Source of the DNA: Alphaproteobacteria bacterium
GTDB taxonomy: Bacteria > Pseudomonadota > Alphaproteobacteria > UBA6615
DNA: 43,900 bases
NCBI GenBank assembly: GCA_027297685.1
Contig: JAPUHN010000228.1
Coordinates: 1 to 43,900 of the forward strand
Direction of reading: 5' to 3'
The notes under the pieces are model-generated. The model did no database searches, was not told the DNA's origin, and saw nothing but the letters and a program-made list of their open reading frames with translations. Positions 11,178-22,230 of this stretch are shown piece after piece. The position numbers were made by a program, and so were the translations under genes. How positions within the stretch are numbered: the first letter of the stretch is position 1; the number at the start of each line of letters is the position of its first letter.

Positions 11178-12875
11178 TCACTCGCCGCCGCCGGCAGGCG
11201 TACCAAATAGCGCATCCGCCTCGCTTCTCGCTGGATCGGGTCCGGCTTCCGCTTCCGCATCTGTATCTTCAACTTCTTCGGGCTCCGGCTCCGGCGTGAG
11301 CACGTCGTCGCCATAGATCACCTGCCGGGCCGCCATGATGACAATATTTGCCTCTTCGGCAAATAGTGGGCTGTGCCGCACCAACCGGCTCACATCGCTG
11401 TCCGACATCTCCCACAAATCGTCGACGCTTACCTCGGTTTCGATTTCCATCAACAAAAACCGCAACTCGTCTGGGGTAAGCCCGGCAATATCATCGACCG
11501 TTCGGATTCCCTTCCGGCCGAGCAATACGACCTGGGACAATGTAAGGCCTGGAATATCGATTACCGCGTCTTCAACGCTAAGTTTCTTGCGCTCGACATC
11601 GAGGGCGGCGTCACGCTCTTCCAGCCAGGTACGGGCGCGCGCTTGAAGCTCTTCCGATATCTCGTCGTCGAAACCTTCGATTGTCGACAAATCGTTCAGC
11701 GGCACGAAGGCTACTTCCTCGACGGTCGCAAAGCCCTCGGTTACCAGTAAGTGGGCAATCACGTCCTCGACGTCGAGAGCTTCGATGAACATTTGGCTAC
11801 GCGTATTGAATTCTTCCTGTCGGCGGCGAGATTCTTCTTCTTCGGTTAAAATATCAATATCCCACCCGCTCAACATCGATGCCAGCCGGACGTTCTGACC
11901 GCGCCGGCCAATCGCTAACGACAACTGTTCGTCGGGCACGACAACTTCTATTTTGTGGGCATCCTCATCGAGTACCACTTTGGTCACCTCGGCGGGCGCC
12001 AACGCATTGACCACGAATGTCGCTGTGTCCGGCGACCAGGGAATGATATCGATTTTTTCACCCTGCAATTCACCTACGACCGCTTGAACACGACTGCCGC
12101 GCATTCCCACGCAGGCGCCCACCGGATCAATCGAGGTGTCCTTCGAGATCACAGCGATTTTGGCGCGGCTACCCGGATCGCGGGCCGCCGACCGTATTTC
12201 AATTATCCCGTCATAAATTTCAGGCACTTCTTGAGCAAATAAGGACTTCATAAATTCCGGCCGAGTGCGGGTCAGAAATATCTGTGGTCCGCGCGGCTCG
12301 CGCCGAACATCGTAGATATAAGCGCGCACCCGGTCACCGGTTCGGAAATTTTCCCGGGGCAAGCTTTCGTCGCGCCGCAAAATGGCTTCACCGCGACCCA
12401 AATCGACCGTCACGTTGCCATATTCGACACGCTTCACCAGACCGTTGACAATTTCCCCGGCCCGGTCTTTGTACTCTTCGTATTGGCGCTCGCGCTCGGC
12501 GTCGCGAACCCGCTGGACGATCACCTGTTTCGCAGTTTGTGCCGCAATGCGGCCAAAATCGATCGGCGGAAGATCATCGATTAGAAATTCACCGATCGCG
12601 GCGTCTGTTTTTTCGAGTTGGGCCTGATCGAGGGTCAGTTGCGTGTGTTCGTCCTCGACCGTTTCGACAACCTCGCGATAGCGCGCCAATGAGATATGGC
12701 CGGTGTCGCGGGCGATCGTCACGCGAATGTCGTGTTCGGGTCCATATTTCGACCGGCCGGCTTTCTGAATGGCCTGCTCCATCGCCTCCAGCACTTCTTC
12801 GCGCTCGATGCCTTTGTCACGCGCCACCGCATCGGCGACGGCCAACATTTCGATCCTGCTGGGACCTCCGTCCAT
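11178..12875 (-). CDS. nusA: transcription termination/antitermination factor NusA
   Basis: 565 aa with N-terminal, S1 and KH1/KH2 domains and C-terminal repeats, ending in an acidic tail. It starts 6 nt after the rimP stop. Confidence 0.95.
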   Translation of the reverse strand: MDGGPSRIEMLAVADAVARDKGIEREEVLEAMEQAIQKAGRSKYGPEHDIRVTIARDTGHISLARYREVVETVEDEHTQLTLDQAQLEKTDAAIGEFLIDDLPPIDFGRIAAQTAKQVIVQRVRDAERERQYEEYKDRAGEIVNGLVKRVEYGNVTVDLGRGEAILRRDESLPRENFRTGDRVRAYIYDVRREPRGPQIFLTRTRPEFMKSLFAQEVPEIYDGIIEIRSAARDPGSRAKIAVISKDTSIDPVGACVGMRGSRVQAVVGELQGEKIDIIPWSPDTATFVVNALAPAEVTKVVLDEDAHKIEVVVPDEQLSLAIGRRGQNVRLASMLSGWDIDILTEEEESRRRQEEFNTRSQMFIEALDVEDVIAHLLVTEGFATVEEVAFVPLNDLSTIEGFDDEISEELQARARTWLEERDAALDVERKKLSVEDAVIDIPGLTLSQVVLLGRKGIRTVDDIAGLTPDELRFLLMEIETEVSVDDLWEMSDSDVSRLVRHSPLFAEEANIVIMAARQVIYGDDVLTPEPEPEEVEDTDAEAEAGPDPARSEADALFGTPAGGGE

Positions 12876-12881
12876 AGCCTT

Positions 12882-13409
12882 TTACCCTTGGTTGGTTCTT
12901 CCCCGCTGCGCGGCAGCAAGGAGTTCATCGGTCAACACAATCTTTGCTTTCTCAATCGCCTCTAGCGGCAATGCAAATTCAGTTTCAACCGCATCAAGCG
13001 GCACCACCATGCGGACCACATCGCCGTCCAATCCCAGTAGGCGTCCGCGAAAGCGGCGCCGGCCGTCAACCGCGGTCTTTAGTTCTACTCTGGCCTCGCT
13101 TCCGCTGAAGCTTTGAAAGTCCTTAGCCCGCGTGAGCGGCCGATCCAGACCGGGCGAACTCACCTCGAGCTCGTAGGCCTCGGCAATCGGGTCGGCGACA
13201 TCGAGCAATACCGAAACCGTTCGGCTCACCAATGTACAATCTTCAACAGCCAGATCGGCGCCGTCAGCGCGATCGATCATAATCTGCAAGATCGGCCGGC
13301 CCGCGCCGTGAAGCCGGATCCGCACGACCTCGTAACCGAGATCGGTCAAGGACGGCTCGATCAACTCAAAGACGGTGCTGGTTTGCGCCGTATCACTGAT
13401 TAGGCTCAT
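12882..13409 (-). CDS. rimP: ribosome maturation factor RimP
   Basis: 175 aa, GYEVVRIRL...LEVSSPGLDRPL motif. First gene of the rimP-nusA-infB operon. Confidence 0.9.
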   Translation of the reverse strand: MSLISDTAQTSTVFELIEPSLTDLGYEVVRIRLHGAGRPILQIMIDRADGADLAVEDCTLVSRTVSVLLDVADPIAEAYELEVSSPGLDRPLTRAKDFQSFSGSEARVELKTAVDGRRRFRGRLLGLDGDVVRMVVPLDAVETEFALPLEAIEKAKIVLTDELLAAAQRGRTNQG

Positions 13410-13467
13410 TCGGTCGTTGTCTCGTATTCTTCAGCCAATCCCCACCTTGGGGGCGGGAATTTGCAAT

Positions 13468-13499
13468 AAAAAAGGCGGCGCCGGTTCTGCCGGGCCACC
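13468..13499 (-). terminator. Intrinsic terminator downstream of trmB
   Basis: The minus strand reads GGTGGCCCGG-CAGAA-CCGGCGCCGCC followed by TTTTTT. This is about a 10-bp GC-rich stem with one bulged C, about 90 nt after the trmB stop. Confidence 0.6.
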
Positions 13500-13588
13500 C
13501 CTTGTTCGCCTGTTTCCAGGCATCCGGGATTTGTTGGCCTAAATATAGGCAAGAACGTTAAAAACGCAAGCTTACTGACGAATTTCGC

Positions 13589-14314
13589 CTAATTGCGTGA
13601 ACGACGGCAAAAACGCAGGAAAACCGGCCCCTGACCGCCACTACGGTTCTTTTGTTCATAACGCGTAGACGGCCAATCGTCGGGGCGGCTGCGCCAATCA
13701 TCGGGACGGCGCGCCAGCCAATCGAATGCGGAATGCGCCAGCCCAATGCGCAGCATCCACGCCGCATAGTCCGCGTCGTCGGTCGCCATGCGCAGCTCTG
13801 CCCCTTCGGCCATCACATTTGCTAATTGATCCAAGGTTTCCTCGTTGACCAACCGCCGCTTGTGGTGGCGCACCTTCTGCCACGGATCCGGAAACAAAAT
13901 AAATACCCGACCAAGCGAGGCGGTGGGCAACTGGTCTAGGGTTGGGCGCACGTCGTCGGGCACGATGCGTACATTGCCGACGTTGCCATCGGCGATATAG
14001 GAAAGTAAACGGGCGACCCCGTTGAGGAAGGGCTCGGCGCCGATAATCCCGACATCGGAATGGTGTTGCGCCTGCCAAATCAAATGCTCGCCGCTGCCGA
14101 ACCCAATCTCGAGCCAGATATCGCGCACCGGCCGGCCGAACAGCGCCGCCGTGTCGAGCGGACTGCCGTCCGCTGGCAGCGATAGTTCGAGTGACGGGAG
14201 CAGGGTGGCCAGCAACCCTTCGCGGTGCTGACGCAATCGCCGACCGCGGCGGCGGCCATAAAATTGAGGGCCGGATGAGGGTATCTGCGCGCCCATAATC
14301 GTGCCGGCCCTCAC
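13589..14314 (-). CDS. trmB: tRNA (guanine46-N7)-methyltransferase
   Basis: EIGFGSGEHL, FPDPWQKVRHHKRR and TDDADY motifs. The GTG at 14314 has AAGGGG 8 nt upstream; the ATG at 14296 is an alternative. Confidence 0.88.
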   Translation of the reverse strand: MRAGTIMGAQIPSSGPQFYGRRRGRRLRQHREGLLATLLPSLELSLPADGSPLDTAALFGRPVRDIWLEIGFGSGEHLIWQAQHHSDVGIIGAEPFLNGVARLLSYIADGNVGNVRIVPDDVRPTLDQLPTASLGRVFILFPDPWQKVRHHKRRLVNEETLDQLANVMAEGAELRMATDDADYAAWMLRIGLAHSAFDWLARRPDDWRSRPDDWPSTRYEQKNRSGGQGPVFLRFCRRSRN

Positions 14315-14326
14315 TGGCCACGCCCC

Positions 14327-15493
14327 TTAGAATGCGCTTCGCAACGCGTCACAGAGATCTGTCTTTTCCCAGGAAAATCCGCCATCGGCGTCCGGATCAC
14401 GGCCGAAATGCCCGTAGGCAGCCGTGCGGGCATAGATCGGCCGGCTGAGGCCAAGATGTTCGCGAATGCCGCGTGGGCTCAGATCCATGGCGTCGCGCAA
14501 TGTCTCGGCGAGCTTTTCCTCGTCGACCTTGCCGGTACCATAAGTGTCAACGTAGACCGATAGTGGATGGGAGACGCCGATCGCATAGGCAACCTGGATC
14601 GTGCACCGATCGGCAAGACCGGACGCGACGACGTTCTTGGCCAGGTACCGTGTGGCGTAGGCTGCCGACCGGTCGACCTTGGTCGGATCCTTCCCCGAGA
14701 ACGCGCCGCCACCATGGGGCGCCGCGCCGCCATAGGTGTCGACAATGATTTTGCGTCCGGTTATGCCGGCATCGCCGTCTGGGCCGCCGACAACGAAACG
14801 GCCGGTTGGATTGACATAGAAACTATCCTCTTCACACATCCAGCCTTCGGGCAACACGTTCAACACGTGCGGCCGCACAATTTCGCGCACATCATCCTGA
14901 TCGAGTTCTTCACCGTGTTGGGTCGAAACGACAATCGATGCCGCGCCAACCGGCGCGCCGTTTTCATAGCGCAGGGTAACCTGGCTTTTCGAATCCGGGC
15001 CCAGGCCAGGTTCCGCACCGGAGTGGCGCGCCTCGGCGAGCGACTTAAGAATTTCGTGCGCATAGTAGATCGGCGCCGGCATAAGAGCCGCGGTTTCGCG
15101 GCAAGCATAACCGAACATCAGCCCCTGATCGCCGGCCCCCTCATCCTTGTTGCCGGCTGCATCCACGCCCATTGCAATATCGGGCGATTGGGAATGAACG
15201 TAACAATCGACCTCCAAGTTATTCCAGTGAAAGCCCTCTTGTTCGTAGCCAATATCGCGGACCGCGGCGCGGGCAATGCTTTCCATTTGCGCGGCATCCA
15301 CAGATTGAGGACCGCGCACTTCGCCGGCCAGGACGACACGGTTGGTGGTGGTCATGGTTTCCACGGCGACGCGGCTATGGGGATCCGCTGTCAGAAAGGC
15401 ATCGACGATTGCATCTGAAATGCGGTCGCAAACCTTATCTGGATGACCCTCGGAAACCGATTCGCTGGTGAATAGATAATTGCTGCTGGACAC
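14327..15493 (-). CDS. metK: S-adenosylmethionine synthetase
   Basis: 388 aa, [32 protein letters not shown] and [22 protein letters not shown] start with a GGGAG SD 8 nt upstream. Confidence 0.97.
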   Translation of the reverse strand: MSSSNYLFTSESVSEGHPDKVCDRISDAIVDAFLTADPHSRVAVETMTTTNRVVLAGEVRGPQSVDAAQMESIARAAVRDIGYEQEGFHWNNLEVDCYVHSQSPDIAMGVDAAGNKDEGAGDQGLMFGYACRETAALMPAPIYYAHEILKSLAEARHSGAEPGLGPDSKSQVTLRYENGAPVGAASIVVSTQHGEELDQDDVREIVRPHVLNVLPEGWMCEEDSFYVNPTGRFVVGGPDGDAGITGRKIIVDTYGGAAPHGGGAFSGKDPTKVDRSAAYATRYLAKNVVASGLADRCTIQVAYAIGVSHPLSVYVDTYGTGKVDEEKLAETLRDAMDLSPRGIREHLGLSRPIYARTAAYGHFGRDPDADGGFSWEKTDLCDALRSAF

Positions 15494-15647
15494 GTCCGGT
15501 ACTCCCTATTGGATCTGCCTTGCGCGACGCGCTTAATGCTACAGAAGATTTCGCAGCAGCAGTGTTGGGGGCCCCGGAATGTCGTTGAGTGGCCCTACGC
15601 GGCGGCTGGTGTTGCATTCCGGTTTTGCAGAAACAGTAGCTAACCTG

Positions 15648-17273
15648 TCAAGGAGAATCAGTTTCCTTGCGACCACGGCGGCCTTTGCCGAATTGCAACA
15701 AAACGACCAGCAGCGCGACGATTCCAAGCAATCCGGCCGGTATCGCGTTGCCCCAGCGCGCATAGGGCGTCGGTGTCGGCAACGCGCGCGGCAGGCCGGA
15801 ATCGATGACTCCCTCGACGCCGAGGCCGAGCATCGCAATCGGGCGGCCATAGGGGTCGATAACGGCGGATATGCCCGTGTTGGCCGCGCGCACCAATGGC
15901 AGGCCTTCTTCGACGGCGCGCGTCGCGGCGATAGCGAAATGCTGTTGCGGCCCGGCGAAAGTTCCGAACCATGCATCGTTGGTCAGGTTCAACAACCAAC
16001 CGGGCCGCTCGTCCCGGTGCGCCACGGCGCCGGGGAAAATAGCTTCGTAGCAAATCAGAGGGCTGACCGGCGGCAAGCCCGGTATGGCGATCGTTTGACG
16101 ACCGGCTCCGGCAGCGAAATCACCTTGACCAGGCACTAGCTTGTCGATCGGCAAAAAACCGCGCAGCGGGACATACTCGCCGAACGGCACCAGATGGGAC
16201 TTATCGTAACTGGCGACGATCCGACCATCACTGGTAATCGCGAGCGCCGAATTCCAAAGGCGCAGATTGTCGGCGCCACCGGTGCGCCGCGGTGCGCCGG
16301 TGATCAGCGCGCCACCGTGCGGCGCGGCAACCGCCGCCGCTGCACGCACAATATCATCGTTTGCCAAAAAGAACGGTACTGCAGTCTCCGGCCAGATGAC
16401 ATGTGTCGGCGGTCGCGCTGACGGCTGCCGGCTAAGCGCAATGTATCGCTGTAGATGGCCGGCCCGCAATTCGGGCTGCCATTTCTGACGTTGCGGAATG
16501 TTCGCCTGTACGATCCGCAAACGAACCCCGGGCACCATCGCCGTGGCGTCGTCGGGACGGTACTCGGGGGCAGCGCCTAGGCGCAACGCGCCGCCGGCCC
16601 ACACCACGGCTGGCAGTGCGACCGTGAAAATTGCGACTGCAACCCCCGCACGCGCGCCACGCCCGGTCCCGAGCGCCGCCGGCATCGCGCCCGCCACGAC
16701 CGTCATCAAGCTGACGCCGAAAATTCCAACGAACGCTGCCGCTTGCATAACCGCCGGCGTCGCCGTCCATACGTATCCGGTGAGGTTCCACGGAAAGCCG
16801 GTGAACAACCAGCTGCGCACCCATTCCAAAAACACCCACACGACGGCAAATATTAACGCCCGCGAGATGCCGCCCAGCGCGAACCGGCGGGAGAACCCTA
16901 CGGTTATCAAGCCGGTGGCAGCCGGGAACAGCGCCAACCCACCGGCCATGCCGGCGAGCGCGAAGGGTATCATCCAACCATGGCGCGCGGCATTTACCAA
17001 AAATGGTTCGACGATCCAATGGACACCCACCAGAAAGTGTCCGACCCCAAACAGCCATGCCGTCACGGCCGCCGCGCGCAGCGGCCGCGGTGAATGTGCG
17101 GCAGCGTCGAGCAACCACAAGAGCCCGGCGAACGCCGGAATGATCAGCGGTACAACGTGCCAAGGCGGCAATGCGAACGCCGACAAAACACCGAGCAAAA
17201 TTGCCAGTGCGACGCGGCGTTGGCGTCCTAGGCGCTGGGTGCGGTCGTAGAGGCGAGCAAACATCGTGGCCAT
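15648..17273 (-). CDS. lnt: apolipoprotein N-acyltransferase
   Basis: 541 aa. A multi-TM N-terminal half is followed by a nitrilase/CN-hydrolase domain (WPETAVPFF, HLVPFGEYVP, LICYEAIFP). It occupies the conserved ybeY-corC-lnt position. Confidence 0.9.
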   Translation of the reverse strand: MATMFARLYDRTQRLGRQRRVALAILLGVLSAFALPPWHVVPLIIPAFAGLLWLLDAAAHSPRPLRAAAVTAWLFGVGHFLVGVHWIVEPFLVNAARHGWMIPFALAGMAGGLALFPAATGLITVGFSRRFALGGISRALIFAVVWVFLEWVRSWLFTGFPWNLTGYVWTATPAVMQAAAFVGIFGVSLMTVVAGAMPAALGTGRGARAGVAVAIFTVALPAVVWAGGALRLGAAPEYRPDDATAMVPGVRLRIVQANIPQRQKWQPELRAGHLQRYIALSRQPSARPPTHVIWPETAVPFFLANDDIVRAAAAVAAPHGGALITGAPRRTGGADNLRLWNSALAITSDGRIVASYDKSHLVPFGEYVPLRGFLPIDKLVPGQGDFAAGAGRQTIAIPGLPPVSPLICYEAIFPGAVAHRDERPGWLLNLTNDAWFGTFAGPQQHFAIAATRAVEEGLPLVRAANTGISAVIDPYGRPIAMLGLGVEGVIDSGLPRALPTPTPYARWGNAIPAGLLGIVALLVVLLQFGKGRRGRKETDSP

Positions 17274-17313
17274 TCTTTAACGTTTCTACCCGGCCACTTC
17301 GGTAAACAATCTG

Positions 17314-18222
17314 TCATTCGTCGTCGGTGCGCCGTAAATCGCGCACGCACAGTCTTTTGACCCGGCGCGGATCGGCATCGACGATCTCGAATTCCAGTCC
17401 CGATGGATGGGCGATGACTTCGTGCCGCCGCGGCACCCGGTCGATCAATTTGAACACGATGCCCCCCAGGGTATCGATTTCTTCACGCTCCTCATCGGTG
17501 GCAAATTTACCGATCAGCTTTTCCAATTCTTCGATCTCGGTCCGGGCCTCGGCAAGAATGCTGCCGTCCGGCCGGCGCACAATGCTCGGCCCGTCGGTGT
17601 CGTGCTCGTCTTCGATCTCGCCGACAATTTCCTCGACCAAATCTTCGATCGTCACCAAACCGTCAACCCCGCCAAATTCGTCGACGACGATTGCCATGTG
17701 GGTGCGGCGTGCCCGCATTTCGAGCAGCAGGTCGAGCACGCGGATCGAAGGAGCGGTGAACAGGATATCGCGCACGATATCCTTCACCGCCACAGCGGAC
17801 GAACGGCGCACCGCAACCAACACATCTTTAATGTGAACAAACCCCTCCACATTATCGAGTTGTGTTCTGTAGACCGGCAGGCGCGAATGCGCTTCCTGCG
17901 CCATAACATCTACCAATTCGTCGAGACCGCTATCGATATCAGCGGCAACGATAGCGGCACGTGGCACCATGACGTCTTCGGCGGTGAGTTCATGCAGCTT
18001 GAGAATGTTGACGATCAGCGCCCCTTGGTCGGCGCCGATCTGCATCGCGTCGTCATCGACTTCCTCGATCAGCTCTTCGATAACCTCGCGAACCGACCCT
18101 TCGCCATTGCGGCCGGAAAAAAGCGCAAGCAGCCAACCGCCGATGGACTTCGTCGCCGGGCCATCGCCCGGCATTTCGCCACGGTTACTCAATTTTCCAT
18201 TGCGCGGAAGGTCCGCCATCAA
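17314..18222 (-). CDS. corC: CBS-pair / CorC_HlyC domain protein (YbeX/CorC family)
   Basis: 302 aa with a tandem CBS region (VMVPRAAIVAADI...SRLPVY) and a C-terminal transporter-associated domain. Synteny matches E. coli ybeZ-ybeY-ybeX-lnt. Confidence 0.85.
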   Translation of the reverse strand: MMADLPRNGKLSNRGEMPGDGPATKSIGGWLLALFSGRNGEGSVREVIEELIEEVDDDAMQIGADQGALIVNILKLHELTAEDVMVPRAAIVAADIDSGLDELVDVMAQEAHSRLPVYRTQLDNVEGFVHIKDVLVAVRRSSAVAVKDIVRDILFTAPSIRVLDLLLEMRARRTHMAIVVDEFGGVDGLVTIEDLVEEIVGEIEDEHDTDGPSIVRRPDGSILAEARTEIEELEKLIGKFATDEEREEIDTLGGIVFKLIDRVPRRHEVIAHPSGLEFEIVDADPRRVKRLCVRDLRRTDDE

Positions 18223-18234
18223 ACCGTCCTCTTG

Positions 18235-18771
18235 TTATGCAGCGGCGCGGGCGTAGGGGTCGGGTACGCCCAAACTTGCCAATATTTTGCGCTCCAGCGC
18301 TTCCATTTGCACCGCCTCGTCATCGGTTTCGTGATCGTAACCAAGCAAATGCAGGACACCGTGCACCACCATGTGGCGCAGGTGGTCGGCCAACGGTTTG
18401 GCCTGATCCTTGGCTTCGCTGGCGCACGTTTCATACGCAGCGACAACATCGCCCAATAACTTCGGCGCGCTCTCGAACGACGGCAAACCAAACTCCAGTG
18501 AGGCGTCCTCTTCAGCCAACGCAAACGATAGTACATTGGTAACCGTATCGCGCCCGCGGTAGTTATTATTGAGTGCGCGCATTTCGTCATCGCCGGTAAG
18601 ACGAACACCGATCTCGACCGGACACGACGGCCCAGCGCTCGCCAACGCCGCTGTGGCTGCTGCTACCGCGATCGCTTGCGCCGCCGCATCGCCGCCGAGC
18701 GCGGTGCGCCAGCCGTTGGCATTGACGTCGACGGCGATAGTATCGTTGGAGCGGGTGGTTGGTTGGGTCAA
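18235..18771 (-). CDS. ybeY: rRNA maturation endoribonuclease YbeY
   Basis: HMVVHGVLHLLGYDHETD zinc-binding motif. The TTG start overlaps the phoH TGA (TTGA). Confidence 0.9.
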   Translation of the reverse strand: MTQPTTRSNDTIAVDVNANGWRTALGGDAAAQAIAVAAATAALASAGPSCPVEIGVRLTGDDEMRALNNNYRGRDTVTNVLSFALAEEDASLEFGLPSFESAPKLLGDVVAAYETCASEAKDQAKPLADHLRHMVVHGVLHLLGYDHETDDEAVQMEALERKILASLGVPDPYARAAA

Positions 18772-19751
18772 CGGTCTGTATCGGTTGCCTTTTTCCGGAC
18801 GTCACGCGCCTCGTAGGCGCGCACAACGCGCGCCACCAATGAATGGCGCACCACATCGGCATCGGTGAAATTCACCGTGCTGATCCCGGTGACGCCATCG
18901 AGCACATCCAGCGCGTCGCCCAGGCCCGAGCGCGTTCCGGACGGCAGGTCGATCTGGCTCATATCGCCGGTGACCGCCATTCGCGAACCTTCGCCGAGCC
19001 GGGTCAAAAACATTTTCATCTGCATGGCAGAGGTATTTTGCGCTTCGTCGAGTATCGCAAACGCATGGTTCAATGTGCGGCCACGCATGAACGCCAGAGG
19101 GGCGACTTCGATCTCGCCATTGGCCATACGGCGGGATACCTGGTCGCCCGGCAACATGTCATGCAATGCATCGTAGAGCGGCCGAAGGTATGGATCGATT
19201 TTGTCCTGCAGATCGCCGGGCAGGTATCCGAGGCGCTCGCCCGCCTCGACGGCAGGCCGCGACAATATGATGCGATCGACCTTGCCTTGCAGTAAATGGG
19301 TCACCGCCACAGCCACCGCGAGGTATGTCTTGCCGGTACCCGCCGGTCCCAGGCCGAAAACGAGATCGGATTTATCGAGCGCCCGCACATATTCAGCTTG
19401 CATGGGTGAACGCGGCGTGATGGTGCGCTTGCGAGTGCGTAACGAAAGATCTTCGTCCAAATCACCATTGCCCGCAGCCATGCGAACGGCTGCCTGCACA
19501 TCACCCGGCGCAACTTCGAGGCCGTTCTTCAGGCGTGCGTACAGCGATCCAATCGCCCGGTCAGCGATCTCGCGCGACGTCATAGGTCCCGAAATTTCCA
19601 AATGGTTGCCGCGATAGCGCAGCGTCACATCGAGCAACTGCTCGATTTGCAACAGATATTCGTCGTGGTGGCCAAACAACGCCGGCAATAAGGTGTTGTC
19701 GTCGAACTGTATTTGGCCTGGCGTCACGCTGATCGCCTCAGAGGAACTCAA
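18768..19751 (-). CDS. phoH: PhoH-like ATPase (YbeZ)
   Basis: Walker [13 protein letters not shown] and Walker B ILDEAQN. The TTG start overlaps the miaB TGA; the GTG at 19727 is an alternative. Confidence 0.9.
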   Translation of the reverse strand: MSSSEAISVTPGQIQFDDNTLLPALFGHHDEYLLQIEQLLDVTLRYRGNHLEISGPMTSREIADRAIGSLYARLKNGLEVAPGDVQAAVRMAAGNGDLDEDLSLRTRKRTITPRSPMQAEYVRALDKSDLVFGLGPAGTGKTYLAVAVAVTHLLQGKVDRIILSRPAVEAGERLGYLPGDLQDKIDPYLRPLYDALHDMLPGDQVSRRMANGEIEVAPLAFMRGRTLNHAFAILDEAQNTSAMQMKMFLTRLGEGSRMAVTGDMSQIDLPSGTRSGLGDALDVLDGVTGISTVNFTDADVVRHSLVARVVRAYEARDVRKKATDTDR

Positions 19752-21181
19752 ACGCCTGCCCCTTCCGCTACCTCAACCGCAGGTCTACCGAACGCAGACC
19801 CGACGCTGTCAGTAAGCACGCCGCCTAGACTATGGGCCAAACATGAATCAATTCTAACCATCGCGAGGGCGCCCAATAACTTGCCTGGGGCCGTAACATG
19901 GACCGCCTGGTTATAGGGGCTACGGCCGACCAACTGATCGGCATGCCGCCCCGCACGCTCGAACAACACCGGAACCGTCTGCCCGACGGTGGACGCGTTA
20001 AAGGCATTCTGTTGTTGCTGCAGAATTTCCTGCAAGGCCGCCAGTCGTTCATTCTTAACCGGATCGGGAATCTGGTCTTCCATGGTACCGGCTGGCGTTC
20101 CTGGCCTGACGCTGTATTTGAACGAGTAGGCTTGCGCGAACCTGACGTCGCGCACCAATGCAAGCGTTGCCTCGAAGTCGGCGTCGGATTCACCGGGAAA
20201 GCCGACAATGAAATCGGAGCTTAGAGCGATGTCGGGCCGTGCCCGCCGCAACGCCGCGATCGTATCGTGGTAGACGGCCGCCGTGTGACGCCGGTTCATC
20301 GCCGCCAGCACTCGATCGCTGCCCGACTGAACCGGCAGATGAAGGTAGGGCATTAATTTATCCAGCTCTCCGTGAGCGTCGATCAGCTCCTCATCCATGT
20401 CGCGGGGATGGCTTGTCGTATAGCGGATGCGCGCCAAGCCCTCGATTTCCGACAGGCGCCACATCAACTGGGCCAGTCCCGCCTCGCACCCGCCCTCGTC
20501 CAAACCATGATACGCGTTGACGTTTTGGCCGAGCAGTGTGATCTCGCGCGTGCCCTGGTCAACCAGGCGTTTAGCCTCTTCCAGGATCTGCGCTACCGGG
20601 CGTGAAAATTCGGCGCCACGCGTGTATGGCACAACACAAAACGTACAAAACTTGTCGCAACCCTCCTGCACCGATAAGAACGCTGAGACGCCCTGCGGTG
20701 CGCTTTCTCCGGGTAAATGATCGAACTTATTCGACACCGGGAATTCGGTATCGAGCACACCCCGCCCGCGGCCGTTTCGCCTGTCGGAAGCACGGGTCGC
20801 GAGGGCCACCATTTCCGGCAACCGATGGTAAGTTTGTGGACCCAGTACAATGTCTACATAGGGCGCACGCCGAAGGATTTCTTCACCTTCGGCTTGTGCA
20901 ACACAGCCGGCAACCGCGATCACCATGGGGTCGGCCGACGTCGGCCGGGCTTCCTTTAGGCGGCGCAACCGGCCGAGCTCCGAATACACTTTCTCGCTCG
21001 CCTTCTCACGGATATGGCATGTATTCAAGATCACCATATCCGCGTCATCGGGCGTTCCGCTCGAAACATAACCGAGGGGCGCCAGGACGTCCGCCATGCG
21101 GGCGGAGTCGTAGATATTCATCTGGCAACCATATGTCTTGATGAAGAGTTTCTTGGCCACGCGCGTTATGCCGATCGCCAA
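19748..21181 (-). CDS. miaB: tRNA-i6A37 methylthiotransferase
   Basis: [18 protein letters not shown]-terminus, radical-SAM [11 protein letters not shown] motif and a TRAM-like C-terminus. The start is ambiguous (TTG at 21181 or GTG at 21160). Confidence 0.92.
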   Translation of the reverse strand: MAIGITRVAKKLFIKTYGCQMNIYDSARMADVLAPLGYVSSGTPDDADMVILNTCHIREKASEKVYSELGRLRRLKEARPTSADPMVIAVAGCVAQAEGEEILRRAPYVDIVLGPQTYHRLPEMVALATRASDRRNGRGRGVLDTEFPVSNKFDHLPGESAPQGVSAFLSVQEGCDKFCTFCVVPYTRGAEFSRPVAQILEEAKRLVDQGTREITLLGQNVNAYHGLDEGGCEAGLAQLMWRLSEIEGLARIRYTTSHPRDMDEELIDAHGELDKLMPYLHLPVQSGSDRVLAAMNRRHTAAVYHDTIAALRRARPDIALSSDFIVGFPGESDADFEATLALVRDVRFAQAYSFKYSVRPGTPAGTMEDQIPDPVKNERLAALQEILQQQQNAFNASTVGQTVPVLFERAGRHADQLVGRSPYNQAVHVTAPGKLLGALAMVRIDSCLAHSLGGVLTDSVGSAFGRPAVEVAEGAGV

Positions 21182-21256
21182 GTCACAGTGTCATATCGAA
21201 TAGGAATTTTTTCCAAGTTCGCAGCCAAGGGCCTGTAAATCATATCAAATTCACAC

Positions 21257-22216
21257 CTAAGCTTTCGACCGGCGGGAGTCAAGACGGCGGCGCCGGAGTT
21301 TGGGCCGTACCTTGATCCCCGGCGCTCGGCGGCGGCCCCGCAAATCGCGCAGCCGCGGATGGCGACGCCAGCGAATCCAGTCCCAGCGTCCTGCCGCGCC
21401 AACCTGCGGCTGCAATCGCCCCGCCAAAGCATCGGCGTGTCCACGGGCGACCGTCGCATAACAATGCGCCGCCAGGTCCTTGCGTGATTGGAACTCCTCA
21501 ATGGTGACGGGATCGTGAAAACTGACCGTCACCGTCAGACGGCCCAGGCCAATGAGCCTGCGCGCGTGGGAGATCAGTTCCATATCGCCGTACCAAGCAA
21601 AGAAGGGGCGCAGGTGGCGCCCGATCGGGATGCCGTCGAGCCTTGAATATGTTAGCGAAACCGGCTGTACGACAAGTGGTTGGTCTTGCGGTCTCATTTC
21701 CGCCACCGCGAATAATGCACTTTTAAACGGCAGCACTTTGTTGCCGTCGCCGCTGGTGCCTTCGGGAAACAAAATGATGCTGTCACGGGCCTCCAATCGG
21801 CGGCCGATATCGCTGGCTTGCAGATGCGACGTGCGTACCCGGCGATCGACGAAAACCGAGTTTTGCAGCTTTGCCAGCAGACCGAACAACGGCCACTTCG
21901 CCACTTCCGATTTGGCGACAAATGAGCCCGGTATCAGCGCGCCGTAAATTGCGATGTCCAAGTAAGAAGCATGATTCGCCACAAATAGCGTCGGGCGCGC
22001 GCGCGACCGGCGGCCAAAAACTTCGAGTCGAATGCCGAGAAGACGACAGCACAGCCTGTGGTACCACATCGGTAAGCGTCTTGAGAGCGGTAGGCGCAGC
22101 AACAGCGCCACCGCCTGCACCGGAATCAGAACCAGCGTCAGCGAGATGTACAAAAAGGCCCTGAAAAGTGCGGTGATCTTCGAACTTTTCGCGGTTGCTG
22201 CTATCGTTTGCGCCAT
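21257..22216 (-). CDS. olsA: lysophospholipid/lyso-ornithine lipid O-acyltransferase (PlsC family, OlsA-like)
   Basis: NHASYLDI (HX4D acyltransferase motif) and FPEGTSGDG. The start is set at the ATG at 22216, 14 nt after the upstream stop; the longer track ORF overlaps the upstream gene by about 100 nt. Basic Arg-rich C-terminal tail. Confidence 0.7.
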   Translation of the reverse strand: MAQTIAATAKSSKITALFRAFLYISLTLVLIPVQAVALLLRLPLSRRLPMWYHRLCCRLLGIRLEVFGRRSRARPTLFVANHASYLDIAIYGALIPGSFVAKSEVAKWPLFGLLAKLQNSVFVDRRVRTSHLQASDIGRRLEARDSIILFPEGTSGDGNKVLPFKSALFAVAEMRPQDQPLVVQPVSLTYSRLDGIPIGRHLRPFFAWYGDMELISHARRLIGLGRLTVTVSFHDPVTIEEFQSRKDLAAHCYATVARGHADALAGRLQPQVGAAGRWDWIRWRRHPRLRDLRGRRRAPGIKVRPKLRRRRLDSRRSKA

Positions 22217-22230
22217 GATCGCAGCGACCT

